From: an uncultured Hyphomicrobiales bacterium
GTDB lineage: Bacteria; Bacteroidota; Ignavibacteria; Kapaibacteriales; UBA2268
DNA length: 64,000 bases
Assembly (NCBI GenBank): GCA_964454975.1
Contig: CAYVVD010000001.1
Location: 195,658-259,657 of the forward strand
Reading direction: 5' to 3'
Of this stretch, positions 38,441 through 49,600 are shown piece after piece. Each line of letters starts with the position of its first letter. Within the stretch, counting starts at the first letter, position 1. A model generated the notes under the pieces. It searched no databases, was not told the origin of the DNA, and saw nothing but the letters and a program-made list of their open reading frames with translations. The position numbers were made by a program, and so were the translations under genes.

Positions 38441-39040
38441 ATGATTGCATCGCTAAACGGAAGGCTAATATTTAAATCTCCCACTGAAGTAATTGTAGAG
38501 TGCGCCGGAGTTGGTTATTCTGCATCAATTTCTGTCAAATGTTCTGAAAACCTCCCAGATAAGGGTTCAATTGTAAATTTATCAACTATGCTAATTCCGA
38601 GAGATGATTCACTGAATCTATATGGTTTTATTGATTCAGGGGAAAAGGAGATGTTTAAAAGCCTTATTTCAGTCTCAGGGATTGGCCCTAAAATGGCAAT
38701 AGGCATACTTTCGGCTATCACTGTGGAGGAATTGCGGGAAACATTGCTTGGCGGCAATTTGCCGGCTTTAAAGAAATTACCGGGTGTAGGTAAAAAAACT
38801 GCCGAGAGGCTCCTCGTTGAACTCAAAGATAAAATGTTAAGCCTGGGTTATTCAGGAATTGAATCTGTTGCCGGTTTAAACCGAATGATCCATGATGAAG
38901 CGATTTCCGCTCTGGTAACGCTTGGCTATGCAAGGTCCGTTGCTGAAAAAAGCGTGGCGATGGCTTTGAAGTATAAAGATTCCGGGGATATTGATTCAGA
39001 ATCCTTAATTAAAGAATCACTAAAAATTGCAATGAAATGA
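38441..39040 (+). CDS. ruvA: Holliday junction branch-migration complex subunit RuvA
   Basis: MIASLNGRLIFKSPTEVIVECAGVGYSASIS...LYGFIDSGEKEMFKSLISVSGIGPKMAIGILS...LPGVGKKTAERLLVELKDK. The start is taken at ATG 38441, downstream of the terminator. Confidence 0.85.
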   Translation: MIASLNGRLIFKSPTEVIVECAGVGYSASISVKCSENLPDKGSIVNLSTMLIPRDDSLNLYGFIDSGEKEMFKSLISVSGIGPKMAIGILSAITVEELRETLLGGNLPALKKLPGVGKKTAERLLVELKDKMLSLGYSGIESVAGLNRMIHDEAISALVTLGYARSVAEKSVAMALKYKDSGDIDSESLIKESLKIAMK

Positions 39041-39756
39041 TATTGGTTATTCCTTCAATAAATTTGACTAAAGGGCATTGCTTCGATTGTATTGTTGGCG
39101 AATCAGGTACAGAAAAGCTCTATAGCAACCTGGCTGCAAATATTTCGTTATTCGCACAGTTATTACGACGGGAAAATTCTAAAAGCATTCATATCAGGGA
39201 TATTGACTCCTTCGACGGGAATAATACAAATGAGAACCTCGAATGCGTTATAAATGCTGTCGGGAAGGTAGATATTCCAATTCAGTTTTCGCGAATGTTC
39301 TCCTCCCTTGATGAATGTGATAAATTGCTGGAAAGCGGAGTGTACAGGATAATAATTGACTCTAAAAGCCATTTAATAAATGACTCCGCAGTGTTAATAG
39401 ATAAATACAATAGCTCAAGAGTAGCTATTGGAATAGAGTACACAGATGGCGATGACATTAGTAGCTGTTTAAAAGAATTCAGAAACTGCGGAGGTGAAAG
39501 GGCAATTTATTCCAATATCAATTGGGATCCTTTAAACAATGATTCTGATTTTACTATTGCCTTGAAAATTGCCGGTGATTTTAAAATCCGCCTTACTTTG
39601 GACAATGCTGTATCTAATTACCGACAATTGGCAGCTATAAGTAACATTGGCGCCCCGTGGATTGATTCTGTAATCATCGGCAAACCATTGTATTTGAATA
39701 ATTTCCCTTGCCAGAAAATATGGCGGATAGCAGAATCGGAACTCGAAAGGAATTAA
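39037..39756 (+). CDS. HisA/HisF-like (beta/alpha)8-barrel family protein of uncertain function
   Basis: N-terminus MILVIPSINLTKGHCFDCIVGE resembles HisA MLIIPAIDLKDGKCVRLxQG. It is otherwise divergent, and no other his genes are nearby. Its start overlaps the ruvA stop (ATGA). Confidence 0.35.
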   Translation: MILVIPSINLTKGHCFDCIVGESGTEKLYSNLAANISLFAQLLRRENSKSIHIRDIDSFDGNNTNENLECVINAVGKVDIPIQFSRMFSSLDECDKLLESGVYRIIIDSKSHLINDSAVLIDKYNSSRVAIGIEYTDGDDISSCLKEFRNCGGERAIYSNINWDPLNNDSDFTIALKIAGDFKIRLTLDNAVSNYRQLAAISNIGAPWIDSVIIGKPLYLNNFPCQKIWRIAESELERN

Positions 39757-39873
39757 TACTTCAAAAGGCTTCAAAGGCTGTTAAAAAATTTGTATTTTGC
39801 ATGATTGTTTTCTCGGGAAAACAGCCATTAATAGTAGTTGTATGACAGGGAAAAGAAAAAATCCGGAGTTAAC

Positions 39874-41649
39874 ATGCCACATTTAGTGATAGATGGACAA
39901 AGACTTGAAGCGGCGGACGGAAAAACAGTTATCGAAGTGGCTTATGAAAATGGGATGACTATTCCTCACTTCTGCTGGCATCCCGAATTGAGTGTTGCCG
40001 GTAATTGCCGTATGTGCCTTGTTGAAGTGGGAATGCCGCGCAAGCTGCCCGATGGTAGTTTTGAAAAGGATGAAAACGGGGATACTAATATCGGATTTTT
40101 CCCAAAACTGCAGATTGCATGTGCCACGTATGTGACGGACGAAATGGTTGTGAATACCAGATCCGAACGTGCAGTTGAGGCACAGGAAGCAGTTATGGAA
40201 TTCCTCCTGATTAACCATCCTCTCGATTGCCCTATTTGCGATGAAGCAGGTGAATGCAAACTCCAGGAATATGCTTTCAGGCACTCGAAAGGAGAAAGCC
40301 GGTTTGAAGAACGGAAAAACCACAAACCAAAACGCCAGGTATGGGGACCCAATATTCTTTTTGATGCTGAGCGTTGTATAAGTTGCTCACGTTGCATCAG
40401 GTATGCAAAAGAGCAGGCAGAACAAGATGTCCTGACTTTTGTTCAAAGGGGAGACCATGTTACTATCGAACTTTTTGAAGGTACTCAATTCGATAGCCCC
40501 TACTCAATGAATGTAATTGAAATATGCCCTGTTGGAGCTCTGACAAGCCCCGATTTCAGATTTAAATCGCGTGTTTGGGAAATGAGCTTTAACGACTCAA
40601 TTTGCCCCGGTTGCGCAAAAGGCTGTAATATAAAAATTGGTGTTAGGAACAACGAGATTCTCAGGTTGCAACCACGTTCGAATCCTTATGTTAACCGTTT
40701 CTGGATGTGTGATCATGGCAGGCTTACACAATATAAATTTGTAAATGAGGCACGGATAACTGAACCACATATTAAAGAAAACGAAAGATTTAAGGATTGC
40801 ACTTGGAAGGAAGCTGTAGAATTTACGTCATTCCATTTGAAGAAGTTTAAACCACATGAGATAATGGTGATAGGTTCTCCTCAAACGACAAACGAGGATA
40901 ATTACCTGCTTCAAAAGTTTGCAAAAAAAGTACTTAGAACTTCGAACATTGATTTCTTTAGAACAAAAAATGAAAACTTCCAGGATAACTACCTTCGCGT
41001 TTCCGACATGACGCCTAATACTACCGGTGCTATTGAAGTCGGAGTAAAACCCGGGCATGGTGGAATCAATATTAGTGATTTATCTGAAAAGCTAAATTAC
41101 GGTCACATCAGGGCGCTATTTGTAATGGATGAGGACTTTTCAGATCATGGACATTTATTTGACACTATCAAAGAGCTGGACTTCCTTGTTGTTCTTACAA
41201 GCAATGAGTCAAAACTTGCGAACATTGCTGATGCAGTCTTGCCAATTACTACATACGCTGAATCGGAAGGAACTTTTACTAATATTGAGGGAAGGGTACA
41301 GTATCTTGCTCCTGCCCTTGTTACTAAAGATAATTACCGGTTCATGGGTATGAAAATGAGCCGCATAGATAAATTTGGAGCACATAATGACCGCTGGACA
41401 CAACATGAGAAACGAAATTGCAAACAAAGCTGGCGAGCTATACAGATGATTGCGAACTTGTTGGAAGCTAACTGGGATTACAGTGTTTCTGAGGATGTTT
41501 TCATGGAAATCAGCGAGAATATCAACTCATTCCACGGAATGAGTTACGAATTACTGGAAAAATACCAGGGGCTTGTTCTTGGAAAAGCAAATTCACCTGA
41601 TGAAAAAGTGGTTAATTATGTGTCGCACGAAATGAAACCGAGCATCTAA
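39874..41649 (+). CDS. nuoG: NADH-quinone oxidoreductase subunit G (short form)
   Basis: N-terminal 2Fe-2S ferredoxin-like domain (CRMCLVEV), 4Fe-4S motifs (HPLDCPICDEAGECKLQ; CISCSRCIRY; CPVGAL), then a truncated molybdopterin-like domain. GGAG Shine-Dalgarno site. Confidence 0.85.
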   Translation: MPHLVIDGQRLEAADGKTVIEVAYENGMTIPHFCWHPELSVAGNCRMCLVEVGMPRKLPDGSFEKDENGDTNIGFFPKLQIACATYVTDEMVVNTRSERAVEAQEAVMEFLLINHPLDCPICDEAGECKLQEYAFRHSKGESRFEERKNHKPKRQVWGPNILFDAERCISCSRCIRYAKEQAEQDVLTFVQRGDHVTIELFEGTQFDSPYSMNVIEICPVGALTSPDFRFKSRVWEMSFNDSICPGCAKGCNIKIGVRNNEILRLQPRSNPYVNRFWMCDHGRLTQYKFVNEARITEPHIKENERFKDCTWKEAVEFTSFHLKKFKPHEIMVIGSPQTTNEDNYLLQKFAKKVLRTSNIDFFRTKNENFQDNYLRVSDMTPNTTGAIEVGVKPGHGGINISDLSEKLNYGHIRALFVMDEDFSDHGHLFDTIKELDFLVVLTSNESKLANIADAVLPITTYAESEGTFTNIEGRVQYLAPALVTKDNYRFMGMKMSRIDKFGAHNDRWTQHEKRNCKQSWRAIQMIANLLEANWDYSVSEDVFMEISENINSFHGMSYELLEKYQGLVLGKANSPDEKVVNYVSHEMKPSI

Positions 41650-41661
41650 CACGGAATTAAA

Positions 41662-42699
41662 ATGACAGAAATACTGGTTATACTTATTGAAGCGGCTATT
41701 AAAGCAGCGGTTATTGTTAACCTGATACTTGTTGCTGCAGCAGTTTCGGTTTATGCAGAACGCAGGGTTTCAGCATTCATTCAGTTAAGGCTTGGCCCGA
41801 ACAGGGTAGGACCATTTGGTCTGTTTCAACCATTTGCCGATGTTTTCAAGCTATTCATGAAGGAAGACGTTGTTCCAAAGGCAGCAGATCCCTTCTTTCA
41901 CCGGCTTGCGCCTGTGATTGCATTAGGTATCGCAATTGCAGTTTATGCTGTTATCCCATTTGCACATTATGTAGAGATTGGAGGGCAGAAAATATACCTC
42001 GGAATAGCGCCTGATGTAAATGTCGGTGTGCTTTTCATACTTGCTATGACCTCAGTGGCTGTTTACGGAATCACTCTTGCAGGCTGGGCATCTAATAATA
42101 AGTACTCACTGCTCGGAGGCCTTCGTTCAGCCGCACAGATGATTTCATATGAGCTTTCTATGGGCCTTTCTTTAATTGGCGTATTTATGGTTGCCGGCTC
42201 TGTTTCTTTGAATGATATTGTTATTGACCAGGCTGGATGGCGTTGGAATATTCTTATTCAACCTTTAGGATTTATCATTTTTTTAGTGGCATCATTTGCC
42301 GAAACCAACAGGGCGCCTTTCGATCTTCCCGAAGCAGAGCCTGAACTTGTCGGCGGTTTTAATACAGAATACAGTGGTATGAAATTCGGCATGTTCTTCC
42401 TTGCCGAGTATGCAAACATGGCAACAGCATCTGCATTCATTACTCTTGTTTTTCTTGGCGGTTGGATGCTGCCGTTTGATATTGGATTCGCACCCGGTTC
42501 TATTGAGCTTGCATTAGCCCAATTCGTTTGGTTCCTCGCTAAAGTTGCGTTTATTATGTTCTTTTTTATCTGGGTACGCTGGTCAATTCCGCGTTTTCGT
42601 TATGACCAGTTGATGAACTTGGGTTGGAAAGTAATGCTTCCTCTTGCCATATTGAATGTAGTAATAACCGGAATTGTAATTTTGATTTTTGGCAATTAA
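41662..42699 (+). CDS. nuoH: NADH-quinone oxidoreductase subunit H
   Basis: QLRLGPNRVGPFGLFQPFADVFKLFMKED and 8 TM helices, with strong NuoH/ND1 similarity. Confidence 0.9.
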   Translation: MTEILVILIEAAIKAAVIVNLILVAAAVSVYAERRVSAFIQLRLGPNRVGPFGLFQPFADVFKLFMKEDVVPKAADPFFHRLAPVIALGIAIAVYAVIPFAHYVEIGGQKIYLGIAPDVNVGVLFILAMTSVAVYGITLAGWASNNKYSLLGGLRSAAQMISYELSMGLSLIGVFMVAGSVSLNDIVIDQAGWRWNILIQPLGFIIFLVASFAETNRAPFDLPEAEPELVGGFNTEYSGMKFGMFFLAEYANMATASAFITLVFLGGWMLPFDIGFAPGSIELALAQFVWFLAKVAFIMFFFIWVRWSIPRFRYDQLMNLGWKVMLPLAILNVVITGIVILIFGN

Positions 42700-42755
42700 A
42701 AATAAAAATGCAGGCTTACGTCAGCAAATAAAATGAATAAATTGTTGGAATATAA

Positions 42756-43253
42756 ATGAATATTACAAAAAATACCCAAGCACAAAGGCTGTCCTTTTGG
42801 GAGAAACTCTACCTGCCCGAAATAGCAAAAGGCCTCGGGCTTACACTTTCATTTATGTTCAAGCCAAAATTCACACGCCAATACCCGGAAGAGCGTTTTG
42901 AACCCACCGGTTCATACCGTGGCCGACCGGTACTTGTTGAGGAAGAAGATGGCGAACGCTGTGTTGCTTGCAGTCTTTGTTCAAGAGTTTGCCCTGCTCT
43001 TGCAATTGAAGTCCAGGCATCTGAAACTGAACGCGATAAAGAGCGCTACCCTGTAAAATTTGAGATAAATATGCTCCGGTGCATATTCTGTGCATTCTGC
43101 GAAGAAGTCTGTCCCGAAGAGGCAATCGTAATGAGCAAGGATTACGACATTGTATTTACAAGCCAACAGGAAGCAATTCTGGGCAAAGACAAGTTGCTTG
43201 TTCCCGTTGCACAACTACAGGACAGGTTGGAATTCCTCCGCCAGTATAAGTAA
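42756..43253 (+). CDS. nuoI: NADH-quinone oxidoreductase subunit I (2x[4Fe-4S] ferredoxin)
   Basis: [12 protein letters not shown] and [12 protein letters not shown] cluster motifs in a 165-aa protein. Confidence 0.9.
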   Translation: MNITKNTQAQRLSFWEKLYLPEIAKGLGLTLSFMFKPKFTRQYPEERFEPTGSYRGRPVLVEEEDGERCVACSLCSRVCPALAIEVQASETERDKERYPVKFEINMLRCIFCAFCEEVCPEEAIVMSKDYDIVFTSQQEAILGKDKLLVPVAQLQDRLEFLRQYK

Positions 43254-43388
43254 GTCGCTAGCCTGATAGTTATAAGTTGAAATATTAAGAAAATACAAAG
43301 GGCGGTTCATCTAACCGTCCATGCATTTTGTTGTTTAAATGCCGTATTTTTAATCTAACGACTTACGACTACCGACTAAAGATAATTC

Positions 43389-43685
43389 CTATGGCATTAC
43401 AAATTCTTTAGCAAGAGATAAATAGCCATTAGAAGTTGAATTAAGCCTGATTTTTTTCACATCGCTGTAATCAGGGTCATTGTACCATGCCCTGGCATTC
43501 TCTTCGGTTGGGAATTTAAGAACAACGACACACCCAAGTGGTTTCCCTTCATATGTTTGTGTTTCATAATCTGCAACTATAATTTCTGCCTGATGCTTTA
43601 TGAGTAAAGGTATTACACCTTCTACGTATGGCCCGTAAGCTTCTTTGTCATTAATATCATAGGTTGCAATAAGATATGCTGACAT
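43389..43685 (-). CDS. DUF1330-domain protein
   Basis: 98 aa reading MSAYLIATYDINDKEAY...VVVLKFPTEENARAWYNDPDY, the family pattern. Confidence 0.7.
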   Translation of the reverse strand: MSAYLIATYDINDKEAYGPYVEGVIPLLIKHQAEIIVADYETQTYEGKPLGCVVVLKFPTEENARAWYNDPDYSDVKKIRLNSTSNGYLSLAKEFVMP

Positions 43686-43845
43686 AATAATTCCTTGCTT
43701 GATGAAAAAGAGAAGGAATATAATTAATTATTGTTAATAATTTACAATTCCCTAAACTATTTACTCTTAGGGCATTCCTGCCTTTTTTATATATTTACTA
43801 TTGAAAAAGTTAACTAATTACTTAATCCTAATCTGTGGGGAGAAT

Positions 43846-45537
43846 ATGCGTACACTTTTATGTTTACTGGCCGTCGTTGTGTTGATGGTATCTTGTACAA
43901 ACAAAAAATCTGAAGAAATGGAAAAAATTAGAAATGAAGAGATGAGTTTCAAAACTTTTGCCGATAGTCTCCAGGATGTGATAGCCCCGGCTTACAAAGA
44001 AATGGCGATTTCTTATTGGGATGCTTCGATAAGCGGAGCCAAAGAGGATTATGAGAAATCCGCAAACGCCGAAATGTTTCTGAATAAGATTCTATCGGAT
44101 ACAAAAGCATACAATTCTTTAAGTGGCTTCGTTGAAAGAAACCTTGTTAAAGACACCACTCTCTCAAGGCTACTGGATGTGCTATATCATGAATACAAAG
44201 CAAAACAGCTCGATGAGGAACTGCTCAATAAAATGACAAAGATGCAGAATGGGATTGAACAGAAATATTCGAATTACAGAGCCAGAGTTGGGGATAAAAC
44301 ATATTCTGACAACGATGTTGAGGATATGCTTAAAAATGAAACAGACAGCAAAAAGCTGGAGACTATCTGGAAAGCTCATAAGGAAATAGGCCCGCTTGTG
44401 GCAGAAGATATTATTGCGCTTGTTAAAGTCAGGAATGAGGCAGCACAGAAGCTTGGTTACAAAAATTATCATCAGATGAGCCTTACTCTCTCGGAGCTTG
44501 ACCCGGAATGGCTCGAGAAGTTCTTCGATGAGCTTGACGAGATGACCGGCGAAACTTTTGCCGGGCTAAAGAAAGAAATTGATGAGAAACTGTCGGCAAG
44601 GTTCGGAATCGAACCGGAAGAGATGATGCCCTGGCACTACCAAAACCGCTACTTCCAGGAAGCACCGAAGATTTACGATGGCGACCTTGACGAGTATTAC
44701 AAAGGCAGAAAACTTGAAAACCTTACAAATTACTATTATGCATCAATTGGCATGGAAATAAGCGATATGCTAACCAAAAGCGACCTCTACGAAAAGGAGG
44801 GCAAAAATCAGCATGCATATTGTATTGATATTGACAGGGACGAACCTGATGTACGTGTGCTTTGCAACATAAAAGAGAACTCAAGCTGGATGGAAACCAT
44901 GCTCCATGAATACGGCCATGCCGTTTACCAGAAGTATGTTGGCAAGGATTTGCCTTGGGCGCTTAAAACACCAACCCACATCTTCACAACTGAGGGCGTT
45001 GCAATGCTCTTCGGCAGGTTTGCCACAAACGGCGATTGGATGAAAGATATGGGTGTGGTATCCGCAGAAGATGCAGATATGGCAGGCGAACTCGGCTGGA
45101 AGATGCTACGCCTGCAGCAGCTAGTTTTCAGCCGCTGGGTACAGGTGATGTATCGTTTTGAAAAAGGTATGTACGAGAATCCGGATCGGGATTTAAACAA
45201 GTTGTGGTGGGATTTAGTCGAAAAATATCAGATGCTCAGGAAACCTGAGGGCAGGAACATGCCGGACTGGGCAACGAAGATTCATATTGCTTCCAGCCCG
45301 TGTTATTACCACAACTACCTCCTTGGCGAGATATGGGCATCGCAATTCTACAGCTATATTGCCGAAAATATAGTAAATAACACGAGAACCAGTTTCTACA
45401 ACAACAATGAGGCGGGTAAGTTCCTGGTTGAAAAAGTATTCGCCGTCGCCAATCTTTATAAATGGGACGAGATGATAAAACGTGCAACCGGCGAGAGCCT
45501 AACACCCAAATATTATGCAAAGCAATTTGTAAAATAG
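43846..45537 (+). CDS. Peptidase M2 (angiotensin-converting-enzyme-like) family lipoprotein, paralog 2
   Basis: Lipobox [48 protein letters not shown] aligns with ACE [53 protein letters not shown] aligns with ACE KFHIPSSVPYIRYF. The start is taken at ATG 43846, after a GGGGA Shine-Dalgarno site. Confidence 0.75.
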   Translation: [563 protein letters not shown]

Positions 45538-45551
45538 AGGAACAATCCTAA

Positions 45552-45585
45552 GGGGGCGAATGATTATTCGCCCCTATATATTATT
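45552..45585 (+). terminator. Candidate rho-independent terminator
   Basis: GGGGCGAAT gatt ATTCGCCCC (perfect 9-bp stem) followed by an AT-rich tract. Confidence 0.55.
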
Positions 45586-45674
45586 AATTCCTTTCTACCC
45601 GACTAACTAACTATCTGACTATTTATCTCATTTTCTCGTCTTAACATCTTAGATGAATATACGAGTTGAGGCAA

Positions 45675-46613
45675 ATGAACTTCAAAGATTATTATAAAAT
45701 ACTTGGTGTGGAGAAGAACGCAAGCGCTGATGATATTAAAAAGGCATACCGCAAACTTGCGCAGAAGTATCATCCCGATAAAAACAAGGGCAATTCTGAG
45801 GCTGAAAACAGGTTCAAGGAAATTTCCGAAGCCTACGAAGTGCTCAAGGATCCGGAAAAGCGCAAGAAATATGACACTCTGGGTTCCTCATACAACAGAT
45901 ACAGGAACACGGGCGGTAATCCGGGCGATTTTGACTGGTCGCAGTGGACTACTGGGCGCGGCGGCTCTCAATCGCATGGCACAGGCGATTTCTTTGGCGA
46001 GGGTGGTATGTCAGATTTCTTTGACAGGATTTTCGGTGGTTTTGGCGCACGTGCCGCTCGCTCAGGAGCATACAGACCGGGGAATTTCAGGCAGCGCCAG
46101 CAAAAAGGTCAGGACTACCAGACAGAAGTAACCCTGACCCTTGAAGAAGCATACAGTGGTGTGTCACGGCTGCTAAAAGTAAACGAGGATTCGCTTGATA
46201 TAAAATTCCGCCCGGGAATCAGGGACGGACAGACATTAAAAATAAGCGGGAAGGGCATGCCCGGAAGCGATGGCGGACCGGTAGGCGATTTGATTATTAA
46301 AGTGAAAGTTCAGAAAAATTCCAATTACGAGCGAAAGGGAAACGATTTATATACTAAACTTAATCTTGACTTATATACCGCAGTCTTGGGCGGTAAAGCA
46401 AAACTTAACACATTCACAGGCAACATTGAATTAAACATTGCACCCGAAACACAACAAGGAAAACTACTTCGACTTTCGGGAAAGGGAATGCCGGATTATA
46501 ACGGAAGCACCCCCGGAGATTTATATGTTAAATTGAACATAGAAACACCACGAAAGCTTAAAGAAAGCGAGAAAGAGCTTTTCAGGCAGTTGCAAAAGAT
46601 AAGGGCGAAATAA
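45675..46613 (+). CDS. cbpA: DnaJ-domain protein of the CbpA type (J-domain, G/F-rich region, C-terminal substrate-binding domains, no zinc finger)
   Basis: [33 protein letters not shown] (HPD motif), a Gly/Phe-rich linker, and C-terminal DnaJ_C-like repeats without CxxCxGxG. Confidence 0.85.
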   Translation: MNFKDYYKILGVEKNASADDIKKAYRKLAQKYHPDKNKGNSEAENRFKEISEAYEVLKDPEKRKKYDTLGSSYNRYRNTGGNPGDFDWSQWTTGRGGSQSHGTGDFFGEGGMSDFFDRIFGGFGARAARSGAYRPGNFRQRQQKGQDYQTEVTLTLEEAYSGVSRLLKVNEDSLDIKFRPGIRDGQTLKISGKGMPGSDGGPVGDLIIKVKVQKNSNYERKGNDLYTKLNLDLYTAVLGGKAKLNTFTGNIELNIAPETQQGKLLRLSGKGMPDYNGSTPGDLYVKLNIETPRKLKESEKELFRQLQKIRAK

Positions 46614-46669
46614 GAGTAGTAGAGACGCATTATCTTGAGTCGCTACTATCTTAAAACGATTTACAGCCA

Positions 46670-49600
46670 CTACTTTTTCCAGGCCGGCAACCTTCCGGGA
46701 GTGTAAGGAGCTTTCATCTCTTCCATTTTCTTCTCAATTGCTGCAATCTTGGAATTACTAAGCACCTTAAGATCTGCAATAACAACCTCGAGTTCCGAGC
46801 CTATCAGCTTGTACATATCCATGTTGGTCTTTGTTGGCTCAGACCTGCTCCACCACATGCCGTAGAGGACGATTTCGAGCCTGTCTTTCAGTCCGGGTGT
46901 TGATTGAGCATTGCGGGATGCTCTTGCTTTGTCGCCATTTAATTCCATATCGATAAGATCTAACTCATGCTTTAAATCACGCATTTGGTTGTAAAGCTCA
47001 ATATCAAGGCTACCAGTAAGTTTGAGCGAAGTATTTATCTTGTCAAGCTTGTCGTATTGTTCCCTGATGTACCTGTCTGTTCCATAAACAGCCCGTTGCA
47101 ATTCCTGGATATCCCGTTGGAAGGCAAGCAGTTTTTGCTCGTCCTGCACCTCTAAAGTAGTATTATTTAGCGGTATGCAATTAAAGCTCACCTGTGGGCT
47201 GATAACTTCCATCTTCCCGTCTTTTACTTTTATCATCTCGACATAGTACGTTCCGGGCAAGACTGGCATGCCTGAGTGTTTGTTTGGATCAGTCTTTTCT
47301 GTTACGGGTGATGTGTCCGGGTAACGCAGATCCCATACTATGCGTTGTATTCCGGCTTTATTAGGAGCCTTTAACGTACGGATTACATTCTTCCTGCTGT
47401 CAAGAATCCTGAATCCATAGAAGGGAGCAATTTCAAAATCTTCCTTCCAAAGTTCTTCGAACCCCGGGTAAAGCGGTGGTTTTTCTGCTTCCGTAAGCTT
47501 TTTTGAAGAGTCCCGGCGAATATCTTTAAGAGTCTTGAGAGGCTCTTTAATGTAATATGTAAACACAGCTCCGAACGGATGATTCTCACCCCGGTAATAA
47601 TTAGCGCCCTGGGAACGTCTGCCCTTTGAGCGGTCTTCAATATACATTAGTGCGTCTTTTACAGGGAAAATGTGGTTTTCTTTTTCCAGAAGTTCTTCGT
47701 TAACCGTACGGAGAGGCGAGTAGTCATCGAGGATATAAATACCGCGTCCGAATGATGCCAGCGCCAGGTCATTTTCCCTGCGTTGTACATCAATATCTTT
47801 TATGCATATAGTTGGGATTCCGCTTTTAAGCTGAATCCAGTTCTTACCGCCATTAATTGTGAAAAACAAGCCAAACTCGGTTCCCGCGAAAAGCAGATTC
47901 GAATTCTCATGGTCTTCCGAAAGAGTATGGACAGTTCCATTTTCAGGTAAGTCCCCTGAAATGGACACCCATGATTTGCCTTTGTCGGTGCTCTTGAGAA
48001 TATATGGCTTAAAGTCCCCTTTTTTACGGTTGTCGAATGCACTATAAACAAAGTTTACATCATGAAGAGATGCTTCAATGTCAGCTACATAAGTGGTGTC
48101 GGGCACACCGGGGAACATGCCGTATTTTGTCCATGTCTTGCCTTCATCTTCGGTTACCTGTATCAGCCCGTCGTCTGTCCCTATATATAGCAAACCTGCC
48201 CGGAGTGTAGATTCAGTAAGGGAAACAATATTGCCATATTGCGAAGTAGATGCATTTTTGGCAACTGCCTCCGGTTCCCAAATTTTTCCCATGACCGGGA
48301 GCTTGTTCCTGTCAATCTGCCTTGTCAGGTCGCCGCTGATTTTAGTCCATGAGTTGCCCCTGTCCTCGCTTTTGAATAACTTATTTGCAGCAAAGTACAA
48401 TCGAGAGCCTTTGTGCGGGCTTATGATAAGGGGTGAATTCCAGTTCCAGCGAAGCATTTCATCTTTGTCAGGCTGAGGCTGTATTCCTGTAATCTCTCCA
48501 CTTTGCCTGTCGTACCTCACAAGCCATCCATATTGCGGTTGTGAGTAGATTATGTCGGGATTGTCGGGGTCAATCTGCGTTTTGAATCCGTCTCCACCAA
48601 CAGTGAATATCCAGTCGTCGTTTGTAATTCCGTATTGACTCGTTGTTCTTGTATAAGTACCGAGAGTATTATTATCCTGTGTTCCACCATAAACACTGTA
48701 AAATGGACTGTCATTATCCGCTGTCACGCGATAGAATTGTGTTACAGGAAGGTTCTCGACAAAATCCCAGTTCCCACCCCGGTCATAGGATATATATATC
48801 CCTCCGTCGCCACCAATCATTATATGGTCAGTGTCATCAGGATTAATCCAAAGCGCATGGTCGTCAACATGCCTTTCGCTGAGGTTCAGGCGCTCGAATG
48901 TCTTGCCTCCATCAAGAGTGTAGTTTGTATAAGTATCTACGGAAAATACAATATCCTCATCTTCCGGGCCGCAAAATAGTTCCTGGTAATATTGTGCACT
49001 GCGAGTGTTGTAATCGCTTCTTTTATCCCAAGTGGCGCCGCGGTTAGTCGAACGGAAAAAACCACCCTTATCTTCTTCGGCTTCAACCAATGCATATAGT
49101 ATGTCAGGATTAACAGGAGAAATAGCAAGGCCAATCCTGCCAACATATCCTCCGGGTAAACCGCTTGTCAGCTTATCCCATGTTTTGCCTGCATCAGTTG
49201 ATTTGTAAACAGCACTTTCGGGACCTCCATTGATAAGTGTCCATACATGGCGCCTTCGCTGGTAAGAGCTACAATAAAGCACATCCGGATCCCGCGGATC
49301 ATAAACAAGGTCGGAAACACCGGTGTTTTCACTGATTTCGAGTATTTTTTCCCAGGTCTTGCCGGCATCAGTAGTTTTATATAACCCTCTGTCATCTCCC
49401 GAACGCCAGAGAGGGCCCTGAGCCGCCACGTAAACAATATTGGAGTTTCTGGGGTCAATCAAAATTTTGCCAATGTGTTCTGATTCCTTTAACCCCATAT
49501 TTTTCCAACTCTTCCCGCCGTCAATGGATTTATAGACACCATCGCCATAAGAAACAGAGCGCTGGGAGTTGTTCTCTCCGGTTCCTACCCAGACAACATG

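Noticed and set aside
39883-40397. Two 140-aa ORFs on the minus strand
   Set aside because: They overlap nuoG antisense, and nuoG has unmistakable Fe-S cluster motifs in the + frame.
40670-40690. tRNA-like T-loop string (GTTCGAATCC)
   Set aside because: It lies inside the nuoG coding frame with no acceptor or anticodon arms around it. No tRNA or rRNA genes were recognised anywhere in the window.
45703-46131. 142-aa + strand ORF in an alternative frame of the cbpA-like gene
   Set aside because: It is an out-of-frame overlap with a gene that has a canonical J-domain. Its Arg/Thr-rich translation is unlike a real protein.
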